A program made the translations under genes and the position numbers. Positions 37,784 through 46,953 of a stretch of 62,800 nt of DNA are shown here, piece after piece. The notes beneath the pieces are model-generated. The model was not told the origin of the DNA, made no database searches, and saw nothing but the letters and a program-made list of their open reading frames with translations. The stretch is from Draconibacterium sp. (GTDB lineage: Bacteria; Bacteroidota; Bacteroidia; Bacteroidales; Prolixibacteraceae), in the NCBI GenBank assembly GCA_050294855.1, contig JBNKOT010000377.1, forward strand, positions 1 through 62,800, in the 5' to 3' direction. Numbering within the stretch: the first letter of the stretch is position 1; the number at the start of each line of letters is the position of its first letter.

Positions 37784-40700
37784 ATGAAAAGAAATTTACT
37801 TCTGGTTTTTATGACAATTTTTACGTTTATGAGCCTTTTGAGCTCCAACGTAACTTATGGTCAGGCAACACTCAAACACTCCTATACCTTCGAAGAAGGG
37901 ACATACGAGGGGACAATAGTTTATGATCAGACCGGTTCGGTTGATGGAACTCTTGGAGGGGATAAGATCAATATTGCCGAAGGTAAGGCTACCGTTTCAG
38001 GAGCTTCAGTTAACAGCGATGGATGGATTTCTCTGGATGGAGTAGCTCTTGATCTTGCATCTTATTCTGCCGGTATTACACTTGAAGCATTTGTAGAAAC
38101 TGGTGAAGTGCTTAATTCAAGCTTTACCATGTTAGCCTACTTTGGTACTTCAACTCCTGGGAATGGCTGTTTCTGGATTCAGCCTACAAGATCGGGAAAT
38201 GAAACCCGGATTGAGACCAATAACGGTTCTTCTACCATTACTGCGTCGCTATCTGGGTATGAAGTGGATGACGGTAAAATGCACCATATTGTTGCTATTC
38301 TTAGTGCCGATGCGCTAACTTATTATCTGGATGGTGTAGTAATTGCTGAGGCATCAACAGAAGGTGCCGATTATATAAGTACTTTGGGTACCGATGTTGC
38401 CAATATTTTCAGGGGAGTAGACGGATGGAACGATCCTAATTATAACTCGAGCCTCGAGGAATTCAATATTTACGAAGGTGTTCTCGACGCTGCTACAATT
38501 GGAAAGCGTGCCGGAGTGTACCTGGGGCTTGATCTTTATAATGCATCTCTCGATACCATTACACTTAATGTGGGAGCCATGGATCCGACTTTTACTTCAG
38601 AGAATGATTTATATGAAGTAACTGTACCTTATGGAACAACATCAGTGAAGATTGATGCAAAAACAACAGTTGGTGGAGCAACCATAGAGATGTTTAATGG
38701 TCTGGGTGAGCAACTGGTAAATGGCGTTTTAACATTTGACAAGGAAGATGGTGACTTTGCAGAAATAGTAGTAACTGCACTTGATGGAGTTACAACACAA
38801 TCTTATTACATCGATGTATTCCCGGAAGCCGGTGAAGCAGCAGCTACATTAGCTGATATTGAATTATCAGCAGGAGCTTTAACAACTGCCTTTGATATGA
38901 ACACTACATCGTATGTTGCAATTGTTCCGGCCGGAGCTACAAGTGTAGATTTAACCGGTGTTCCAAACTGGGATGCTGCAACAGTAACAGGTGATGGAAC
39001 GATTACTCTTACCGATGGAATGGCAACAGCATTAATTACCGTTACTTCTGAAGATGCTACGGCATCAATTGAATATACCGTTGAAATTTTTACCTCAATT
39101 GTGAGCATCGGTACTGAATATTACCTGGTGCATGAGGCCAATGGATTTGTAGCAACCGAAAGTGGCGACACTACTTTGAACCAGGTTGTTCTGGCTGAGG
39201 CGGTTGCCGACTCAACTGCACAAATCTGGGAATTTGAAGAAAGTGGTGAAGATGGTCAGTATTACATCAAAAATAAAGATGGTAATTATATCTGTCTTTC
39301 AGGTACTTCGGGTAATTCATGGGATGTGGAAGTTCGTTCGGAATTGCCAATAGATTTGGATAGCGCCCGTTTTATCATCAATGAATTTGAACCTGGTAAG
39401 CTAAAAATTATTTCTGTAGCCAGACTCAATGTAAGCGCCACAGCCAACTTGTTATCTCCAAATAATCCACTACTTGGTTCGGCACTGTTTGGTGACAAGT
39501 CATTGGGAGGACGCGAGGATCTTTCGGGATATACCGTATTTACGCTGAAACTGGCAAGTGATAAAGGTTTTGCTTCGCCATACGATCTTCATCTTTCAGA
39601 TCTAACCATTAACGGTGCAGCGTTCAATCCTGTATTTGATCCTGCTTATACAAAATACTATGCCACTATACCTCCGGCAGTTACCTCTGTTGAAATTGCA
39701 GCTACACCTAGCGATGCAACAGCAACTGTAACAGGTACCGGTACAGTTGACGTTTCTGGCGGAAAAGGAACAATTACCGTGGTAGTTTCAGCGGCCGCTG
39801 ATCCGCAATATACTCGTGAATATGTTATTAGTTATAGCGGGCTTGGGTTAACTCACTCGTTTACTTTTGAGGAGGGAACCTACGACGAAACAACCGTTTT
39901 TGATCAGGTTGGTTCGGTTAACGGAACAATTGGCGGTGATAGTATTACAATTGCTGATGGTAAAGCTACCGTAAGGGGAGCGACAGCCAACGATAAAGGA
40001 TGGATTTCGATGGATGGTGCAGCGCTGGCGCTTAACACTTATTCCGAAATTACCGTTGAGGTAATGCTGGAAGCTGGAATGCAACAAAATTTAGGCTTCA
40101 CCATGTTAACTTACTTCGGGACATCAACGCCCGGAAATGGATGTTTTTGGATTCAGCCTTCACGATCAGGTAATGAGTCGAGAGTAGAAACAAATAACAG
40201 AGGTTCTTCTCTTACTGCTGGATTTCCTGGATATGAAATCGACGATGGACTAAAACATCATGTGGTAGCAGTACTGAGTAAGTCTGCACTGAAATATTAT
40301 CTTGATGGAGAATTGGTGGCAGAAAAATCAACAGATGACGTAGATTATATCAGTACACTCGGTACTGATGTAGCCAATATCTTCAGAGGAGTTAACGGCT
40401 GGGATGATCCTAATTACAATGGATCTATTTACGAGTATAATATCTACGAAGGAGAAATGGACGAAGCCACTATAATGGATCATACAGTTGAATTCTTGGG
40501 TGATGCTTCGCGCGATGCAACCTTGTCGTCGTTAACTGTTGATGTAGGTGCATTAATTCCTGCATTCGATCCGGAAGTAACAAACTATTCGGTTGTTGTA
40601 CCTATTGGTACAGAAACCGTTACTGTTACTGCCGTTACAAACGACGAGAACGCAACAACTGTTGGTGATACCGCCGTTAATGTTTCTTCAGGAAGTGGAA

Positions 40701-43015
40701 GCACTACTATTGTGGTTACTTCTGAATTTGGTTCAACTTTTACATACACTGTTGGGTTCAGTAATCCTGAAGAATTTACCTTAATGCACTCTTATCCTTT
40801 CGATGACGGAACTGCTATTGATGTTGTTGGAGATGCAGATGGAACAGTAGTTAGTGGATCAATCGCCAATGGCGCTTATACTTCTGCTACTGATTCCGAT
40901 TATGTTGAACTACCTGCTGCAACCATTGCAATCAATAACTACTCAGCAATTACTTTGGAAGCCTACATTTTTGCGGATGTAGATAACACCGGTGCCACAA
41001 TGATGGCCTATTTCGGAGGAAATGAGAATGGTGTTGGCGGAAATGGACTTTACGTTACACCTGATCGCTGGTCAGAAAGCCGAACTGGAATTTCGTGTGG
41101 TAACATTACTGAGCCATGGAGTGCTGAACAAGGCGTTACCGGAAATCCTGTCGCTGTTGGCGAAAAACATCATGTTGTAAGTGTAGTAACCGATTCTTCT
41201 ATTAAATTATACATCGATGGCTTGTTGGTCGGAGAAGCTGCCGTATCAGAACCTAATTCAATTTTTGCTTTAAGTACCGTAAATGCCTGGTTAGGTAAAG
41301 GTGGTTACGACGCCGATCCAAGTTGGATGGGATCCATCGATGAATTTAATATTTATAATGGTGCCATGGATGCTGCTACCATTGCAACGCACGCCAGTAT
41401 GTATTTGTCTGACCTTACTTTGATGCATTCGTATACATTCGAAGATGGTACTGCTGCTGATGTTATTGGAACTGCCGACGGAACTTTGATGGGAGCAGGA
41501 ACAATCGCGGATGGTGCATATACTGCTGCTGCTAATGGAGATTACATTGAATTACCTGCAGCTGAAATTGCAATCAATACTTATAGTGCCATTACTTTGG
41601 AAGGCTACATTTTTAGTGATGTTGATAACACCGCTGCTGTAATGATGGCTTATTTTGGTGGAAATGAGAATGGTTTAGGTGGAAATGGATATTTCATAAC
41701 ACCTGACCGTTGGACAGAAAGTCGGTCTGCAATTTCTTGTGGTAACATTACTGCTCCATGGGAAGCTGAGCAAGGTGTAACAGGTGATCCTGTAAGTGTA
41801 GGTGAAAAACATCACATTGTGAGTGTACTTACCGAATCAACAATCTCATGGTATATTGACGGTGTATTGGTTGGTGAAAGTGAAGTGTCGGGAGATAATT
41901 CAATCGCTAACTTAAGTACTGTGAACGCCTGGTTGTGTAAAGGTGGTTACGACGCTGATCCAACATGGATGGGTACTATCGATGAATTTAATATTTACAA
42001 CGGTGCCATGGATGCTGCATCAATTGCAGAACGCGCTACTGAATATTTATCTTCTTCCGATGCAAGTCTTTCAGCTTTATCTGCTAATGTTGGTAGTGTT
42101 TCTCCTGATGCAATGAGTGGAAGCTCTGATTTTGTTGTGTTGGTTCCTGTTGGAACAAGCTCAGTGACTTTAACTGCAACACCAAATGCTTCTTCTGCAA
42201 CAGTAGCCGGAGACGGCGAGGTTGATTTAACAGGAGGAGAAACAACTGTTATAATTGATGTAACTTCTGCCGATGGCACAGTTACAAAACAATTCTCAGT
42301 AGATATACTTTTTGATGATCCAACGTGTGCTGACAATTTGAATGAGAATAATCTTGTAGCTGATCCTGAAATGACAGATATGAGTTTGTGGCAAGGATGG
42401 GGAGCAAAAGGCCTTGTTTATGGTTTTGAAGCATATTGTGGAGGATCATCTATGAAACTTGGAAACGGAGGCGATGGTTGTGATGCCGCTTTAGATATCT
42501 CACCATTTGATTTTGAGCCAAATACAACGTATCGTATAAGGGTAATGGTAAAAACGGTTGATGGTTCAATCGGATTATTAGTTAAAGGAGCAGATCCCGA
42601 TTTCGGTTATGCTATCGATACTTACGGTGAGTGGATGCAGGTTGATACCACTTTCACAACCGGGGAAAATCCTACTGATAATTTCATAAGCTTCAATAAG
42701 TGTGATTATAGCTCAAATTGTACGTATTGTTATGTCGATAATTACGAAATATTTGTTGACGACGGAACTTCTGCTATAGAAATAAGTGAGGCAAACATTA
42801 AAGTGTATCCGACTTATACAAGCGGTGACTTTAAAGTTGAAACCAATGGAAGTCGTGGAATGATCTCGGTGTACAACCTAACCGGTAAACTTGTACTTCA
42901 GAAACAAATCGAAAGTAATCTTGAGTCTGTTACTGTTAGCAACGGAGGAATGTACATTATGAAGGTTGAAAACGAAGAAGCCAAAAGAACATTTAAAGTC
43001 TTCAAAACACGATAA
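37784..43015 (+). CDS. Large apparently non-catalytic T9SS-secreted protein: 4 LamG/ConA domains, 5 cadherin-like beta-sandwiches, a ricin-like trefoil and a CBM4/9-like domain
   Basis: Four L.HS[YF].F...HH[IV]V...Y[LI]DG...E[FY]NIY.G units; five A.L..[LI]...VP.G...V..TA..ATV units; VYPT..YNLTGKLV..GMYIMKV CTD; no recognisable GH/PL catalytic motif. Confidence 0.88.
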   Translation: MKRNLLLVFMTIFTFMSLLSSNVTYGQATLKHSYTFEEGTYEGTIVYDQTGSVDGTLGGDKINIAEGKATVSGASVNSDGWISLDGVALDLASYSAGITLEAFVETGEVLNSSFTMLAYFGTSTPGNGCFWIQPTRSGNETRIETNNGSSTITASLSGYEVDDGKMHHIVAILSADALTYYLDGVVIAEASTEGADYISTLGTDVANIFRGVDGWNDPNYNSSLEEFNIYEGVLDAATIGKRAGVYLGLDLYNASLDTITLNVGAMDPTFTSENDLYEVTVPYGTTSVKIDAKTTVGGATIEMFNGLGEQLVNGVLTFDKEDGDFAEIVVTALDGVTTQSYYIDVFPEAGEAAATLADIELSAGALTTAFDMNTTSYVAIVPAGATSVDLTGVPNWDAATVTGDGTITLTDGMATALITVTSEDATASIEYTVEIFTSIVSIGTEYYLVHEANGFVATESGDTTLNQVVLAEAVADSTAQIWEFEESGEDGQYYIKNKDGNYICLSGTSGNSWDVEVRSELPIDLDSARFIINEFEPGKLKIISVARLNVSATANLLSPNNPLLGSALFGDKSLGGREDLSGYTVFTLKLASDKGFASPYDLHLSDLTINGAAFNPVFDPAYTKYYATIPPAVTSVEIAATPSDATATVTGTGTVDVSGGKGTITVVVSAAADPQYTREYVISYSGLGLTHSFTFEEGTYDETTVFDQVGSVNGTIGGDSITIADGKATVRGATANDKGWISMDGAALALNTYSEITVEVMLEAGMQQNLGFTMLTYFGTSTPGNGCFWIQPSRSGNESRVETNNRGSSLTAGFPGYEIDDGLKHHVVAVLSKSALKYYLDGELVAEKSTDDVDYISTLGTDVANIFRGVNGWDDPNYNGSIYEYNIYEGEMDEATIMDHTVEFLGDASRDATLSSLTVDVGALIPAFDPEVTNYSVVVPIGTETVTVTAVTNDENATTVGDTAVNVSSGSGSTTIVVTSEFGSTFTYTVGFSNPEEFTLMHSYPFDDGTAIDVVGDADGTVVSGSIANGAYTSATDSDYVELPAATIAINNYSAITLEAYIFADVDNTGATMMAYFGGNENGVGGNGLYVTPDRWSESRTGISCGNITEPWSAEQGVTGNPVAVGEKHHVVSVVTDSSIKLYIDGLLVGEAAVSEPNSIFALSTVNAWLGKGGYDADPSWMGSIDEFNIYNGAMDAATIATHASMYLSDLTLMHSYTFEDGTAADVIGTADGTLMGAGTIADGAYTAAANGDYIELPAAEIAINTYSAITLEGYIFSDVDNTAAVMMAYFGGNENGLGGNGYFITPDRWTESRSAISCGNITAPWEAEQGVTGDPVSVGEKHHIVSVLTESTISWYIDGVLVGESEVSGDNSIANLSTVNAWLCKGGYDADPTWMGTIDEFNIYNGAMDAASIAERATEYLSSSDASLSALSANVGSVSPDAMSGSSDFVVLVPVGTSSVTLTATPNASSATVAGDGEVDLTGGETTVIIDVTSADGTVTKQFSVDILFDDPTCADNLNENNLVADPEMTDMSLWQGWGAKGLVYGFEAYCGGSSMKLGNGGDGCDAALDISPFDFEPNTTYRIRVMVKTVDGSIGLLVKGADPDFGYAIDTYGEWMQVDTTFTTGENPTDNFISFNKCDYSSNCTYCYVDNYEIFVDDGTSAIEISEANIKVYPTYTSGDFKVETNGSRGMISVYNLTGKLVLQKQIESNLESVTVSNGGMYIMKVENEEAKRTFKVFKTR
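37871..40501 (+). repeat. Intragenic duplicated LamG domain type A (about 37871-38527 and 39848-40501)
   Basis: Both carry YFGTSTPGNGCFWIQP.RSGNE.R.ETNN and DYISTLGTDVANIFRGV.GW.DPNYN. Confidence 0.85.
40781..42053 (+). repeat. Intragenic tandem duplicated LamG domain type B (about 40781-41410 and 41420-42053)
   Basis: Both carry MMAYFGGNENG.GGNG, TPDRW.ESR, ISCGNIT.PW.AEQGVTG, KGGYDADP.WMG.IDEFNIYNGAMDAA. Confidence 0.88.
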
Positions 43016-43060
43016 GTTTCTTTGACAAAAAAATTACGTTTAGGTAATTAGGAAGTATAT

Positions 43061-43094
43061 AAAGGGCTGTCGAATTTAATTTCGGCGGCCCTTT
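43061..43094 (+). terminator. Rho-independent terminator after the 1743-aa gene
   Basis: AAAGGGCTGTCGAA-tttaat-TTCGGCGGCCCTTT, 14-bp stem with two G:U pairs, followed by a T-rich tail. Confidence 0.75.
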
Positions 43095-43218
43095 AATTTC
43101 AATAAGTTATGGTAACATCATAAAAGATTTTTTGAATGATTTCAAATTTTTATGTCACAATTAATTTTTACTTCGACGAATTGCTTTTAACGAAAGACTA
43201 ACTTTTGATTTTTACTTC

Positions 43219-45219
43219 ATGATTTTAAAAAACGACATACGGCTATTGGGAACATTTGTCTTTTTCTTCATTTCTGTTTTGACACTAAAAGCACAGAGTT
43301 GGCCGGCCGGAATTCACGATCCGTCGAGCATCGTTAAATGCGACGATACTTATTGGATTTTTGGAACAGGTGACGGTATTTACAGTATTTATTCAAAAGA
43401 TTTAATTTCGTGGCACGACGGACCGACACCTTTCACAAAAACGGATTATCCAGCCTGGATCAATACTTATGTTGGTGAATTTGATGGATTTTTTTGGGCT
43501 CCGGATATCATCCACATGGACGACAAATATTACCTGTATTACTCTTGTTCAGAATGGGGAACCATGACCTCAACCATTGGTTGTGTAACCAATAAAACTA
43601 TGGATCCCGAAGATCCGGAATACGAGTGGGTTGATGTTGGCTTTTTAGGAATCTGGTCGTACCAACCGGGTTTGGCACTGAATGCAATCGATCCATCGCT
43701 TTCGAGGGGTCAGGATGGTAAAATCTGGATGGTTTATGGCTCGTTTAATGAGGAAGGAATTGTTATAACAGAAATTGATTCGATTTCGGGAAAACCAAAA
43801 ACTTACGCAGGAAATCTACCCGGAAAAAGTATCGCCAATTCGTGGACAGGTAGTTGGTATGGCGAAGGTGAGGGTGCAGCAATGATTTACCGAGATAATT
43901 TCTACTATCTTTTTTACAATAAGGGTGGTTGTTGTAACGGTATCGGTAGTAGCTATTTTATTGTTATGGGAAGATCGGCAAGTCCCAAAGGTCCGTTTAT
44001 TGATAAAGACGGAAAAGCATTGCGAACAACCGGGCAAGCCAGCGGAGGAACTGTAGTCTTGAAACATGATAACACCCGGGGAACGGATGACCGTTACTAC
44101 GGTCCGGGGCATTTTGGGATGTACCGCGAAAATGGAATTGATTATGTTAGCTTTCATTACTACGATCCCAATGGTTATTATCCGGGTGCGCCAAATAATC
44201 AGGGCGGACCAACGTTGGGACTGGCAAAATTGGTTTGGGGAGAAGATGGCTGGCCTTCGATATCGCTCAATTTTTTAGATGAAGGAGTTTATGCTTTTGA
44301 AAATGCATTGAGTGGAAAAGTAGCCGACGTGTCTTCGCATGCACTTGCCGAAAATGCGTACTTGTTTCAGTATGCTTTGGATTCCAATTATTATACCCAA
44401 AAATGGGTACTGAATTCGCTTGGAACCGGTGAATATACCATAACCAATTATGCCGATCCGGATATGTATGTGGAAGCAAGCGGAACAAACGAGGCAACAA
44501 ACTTATGGATCACTTCCGACTATACCGAGGAAGTGAATCAGAAATTTAGAACGGTAACTTCACCCAATGGTCAATCCATTATTTATCCTTCGACCAAAGA
44601 CGCAGCATGGAGGCTTTTTTCTCCAACCAGTTCTGATGGAAGGATTTCACTCGGGCGTAATCCGCATGAGGATTTTCAGCGATGGTATGCCCTTCCGTTT
44701 GATGAATTTATTGAGGTTCCCGAATCCAGAATTACAATAGATCACACCGCAGGAACCGATAGTGTTGTGGTGCATAGTAATGGTTTATGGGGAGCCACGG
44801 TTTTGTACGATTCGTGGATGAGTGTGGAGGCTTCGGGAGAAAAAGATGGCAAAGTAATTCTAACTTTTGATGAAAACCCGAATGTTTCAGACCGAAGAAA
44901 CCGGATTTATGTAACTTCAAATGGTGGTCAGTCGGAAATGATTGTTGTAACTCAACCTGGGAGACCAACCGGTATTGACGATTTAGCTGATGACAATCCG
45001 ACTATTATTTATCCGAATCCCGCAAATCAGGAAGTATTTGTCGAAAGCAACAAAAATGGTCAGCTGTCGGTTTACAATCAATCGGGGCAAAAAGTTGGCT
45101 ACTTCGATATCGAAACCGGGAAAAATAAATTGAATATTAGCGATTTTAAGAGTGGCATTTACCTTTTTCGAATTGTTACTGCCAATAAAACCATTGTCAA
45201 AAAGCTCGTTAAAAATTAA
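43219..45219 (+). CDS. GH43 arabinanase-like enzyme with ricin/CBM13, BACON and T9SS CTD
   Basis: IHDPS, WAPDII, NAIDPS, GEGAA, GGCC, GPGH; QKW/QKF/QRW trefoil; SNGLW..WMSV..VVTQPG BACON; IYPNPA..SGIYLFRI..KKLVK. Confidence 0.88.
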   Translation: MILKNDIRLLGTFVFFFISVLTLKAQSWPAGIHDPSSIVKCDDTYWIFGTGDGIYSIYSKDLISWHDGPTPFTKTDYPAWINTYVGEFDGFFWAPDIIHMDDKYYLYYSCSEWGTMTSTIGCVTNKTMDPEDPEYEWVDVGFLGIWSYQPGLALNAIDPSLSRGQDGKIWMVYGSFNEEGIVITEIDSISGKPKTYAGNLPGKSIANSWTGSWYGEGEGAAMIYRDNFYYLFYNKGGCCNGIGSSYFIVMGRSASPKGPFIDKDGKALRTTGQASGGTVVLKHDNTRGTDDRYYGPGHFGMYRENGIDYVSFHYYDPNGYYPGAPNNQGGPTLGLAKLVWGEDGWPSISLNFLDEGVYAFENALSGKVADVSSHALAENAYLFQYALDSNYYTQKWVLNSLGTGEYTITNYADPDMYVEASGTNEATNLWITSDYTEEVNQKFRTVTSPNGQSIIYPSTKDAAWRLFSPTSSDGRISLGRNPHEDFQRWYALPFDEFIEVPESRITIDHTAGTDSVVVHSNGLWGATVLYDSWMSVEASGEKDGKVILTFDENPNVSDRRNRIYVTSNGGQSEMIVVTQPGRPTGIDDLADDNPTIIYPNPANQEVFVESNKNGQLSVYNQSGQKVGYFDIETGKNKLNISDFKSGIYLFRIVTANKTIVKKLVKN

Positions 45220-45253
45220 AAGAAAACCAATAAACCCAAGTTTTCCCAGATTA

Positions 45254-46894
45254 TTATTCTTTTATATACCAATTATTTTCGTCCATTAATTTTGTACGAA
45301 TGGCTTGTTCGTTACTTGTGTGTTTTGCAGCCACTTTGTCGGCCAGATAAGCTGGATCTCCGCGACGAATTGCAATCCGCATCAGGTCTTGAAAACGGCC
45401 ACCTTCGAATGCAGTTTCCAGTGCTAATTCTTCAATAATTTTGTCTTCTACGTAATTGATAGAATCCTGTAAAGTACTTGAAGGAGGAATCATAAAATCG
45501 ATTGCACGATCAACATTTCCACAGCCGCGGGAATGCACGCCTACGTTTTGGTCGAATACGATGTTTTCAAAATCTACGTAATCAATAAAAGTGCCGGTGG
45601 AGTCGGTATAAACAGTGTATTTTTCGTGGCGTGGTACAATGGTGTCTACCGCCAAAGCATCGGAGTTCATTCCGTGTTTTAATACTGCGAAAGCCAGATT
45701 TGGTTTCCCTGCGCGATTTACCGCTTCGGCATAACGTAAATAAAGTGTTGCCACGCGGTACATAAAAATTGCTTGCGACGACTGTGCATCCTCTTCCAGA
45801 ATTAAATATTTTGTAATCACATTCTCGCTGGCTTGCACTGGCATTGAATTATCGGGACCAATATAAGAACCGACCGGACCTCTTAAATCTCCCGGATTTG
45901 TGGCGTTTGCATTGTAATAGTAAGTTTGTTCTGCCCATTTATTAATTGCAACTTCGGAAGGTTTTAGCTCGTAATTCTCGACGGTCATTTTATACAACTC
46001 ATTTTCTTCTCCCAAATCAATTGATCCTGCAATTAATGTAATTTGTTCGTTGTTGGTAAGTTCAAAAATATTCAGATAATTCTGATCAATCAAGTTCCGG
46101 CGAACAAAAACACCGTTATCAACTGTCCAGGTTGAACTGTACCTGTCGTTGATCACATATCGTTTGTCATCGATTAAAGCATAATATTCGCGGGCTGCAT
46201 TTTCGTATTGCCCGTTCCACAAGTAAAGGTCGCCTAATAATAGCGGGATGGGAATAAAAAGTTTTTCGCTTGTCATATCAACTCCCAACGAAATTCTGCC
46301 CGGATTATCGGTTAATTTAACAGGTTCGAGATCCTGTATTAAAACCGGAACCAATTCCTGAATCGAATATTCAGGGAAAGTAGCTTCTGCTTCCTGTACG
46401 GTTAAAACCGAATTCTCGTAATATTTTGCTGTGCCATAATTTAAAGCAATCTGCATGTAAGTCCAGGCACGAATTGCTTTGGCGGCTGCATATTCTTTGA
46501 ATAAGGATTTTTCTCCTCGTGCGGTAAGGGCCGTGTCGATGTTGTTAATCAGATAATTACAGTGATTGATTACCGAGTAATAATCTTCGACAGCGTTGTA
46601 CGGATTATTTTTTGATATTTCGAAGTTGTTAATTTCGCTCAATTCAAGTCCTGCATATTCGGTGATGTCCATCAGGTCGCCTTTTAATTCCCCAAGTAAA
46701 ACATAGCGATCGGCCAGTTTCTGGAACTTTGTAAATATTCCGATCATCGAATAAATCGAGTCATTCGGTGTATCAATCTGATGGTCTTTCGGGAACATAA
46801 TACGTTCAGATTCAACATCCAACATCGAGTTGCAGCTGGTGGTAATCACTGTCAGAACGATTAGTCCGAGTAATATTTGATTTAATTTCTTCAT
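45254..46894 (-). CDS. susD: RagB/SusD family glycan-binding lipoprotein
   Basis: Lipobox TTSC, LGELKGDL, YSVINHCN, RAWTY, YLRYAEAVN, LETAFEGGRFQDLMR; follows a SusC. Confidence 0.92.
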   Translation of the reverse strand: MKKLNQILLGLIVLTVITTSCNSMLDVESERIMFPKDHQIDTPNDSIYSMIGIFTKFQKLADRYVLLGELKGDLMDITEYAGLELSEINNFEISKNNPYNAVEDYYSVINHCNYLINNIDTALTARGEKSLFKEYAAAKAIRAWTYMQIALNYGTAKYYENSVLTVQEAEATFPEYSIQELVPVLIQDLEPVKLTDNPGRISLGVDMTSEKLFIPIPLLLGDLYLWNGQYENAAREYYALIDDKRYVINDRYSSTWTVDNGVFVRRNLIDQNYLNIFELTNNEQITLIAGSIDLGEENELYKMTVENYELKPSEVAINKWAEQTYYYNANATNPGDLRGPVGSYIGPDNSMPVQASENVITKYLILEEDAQSSQAIFMYRVATLYLRYAEAVNRAGKPNLAFAVLKHGMNSDALAVDTIVPRHEKYTVYTDSTGTFIDYVDFENIVFDQNVGVHSRGCGNVDRAIDFMIPPSSTLQDSINYVEDKIIEELALETAFEGGRFQDLMRIAIRRGDPAYLADKVAAKHTSNEQAIRTKLMDENNWYIKE

Positions 46895-46953
46895 CTTTTT
46901 TTCTTTAATACGGTTTTAAACTCCGCTTCCTTCAAACATTTTCTGATAACAGA

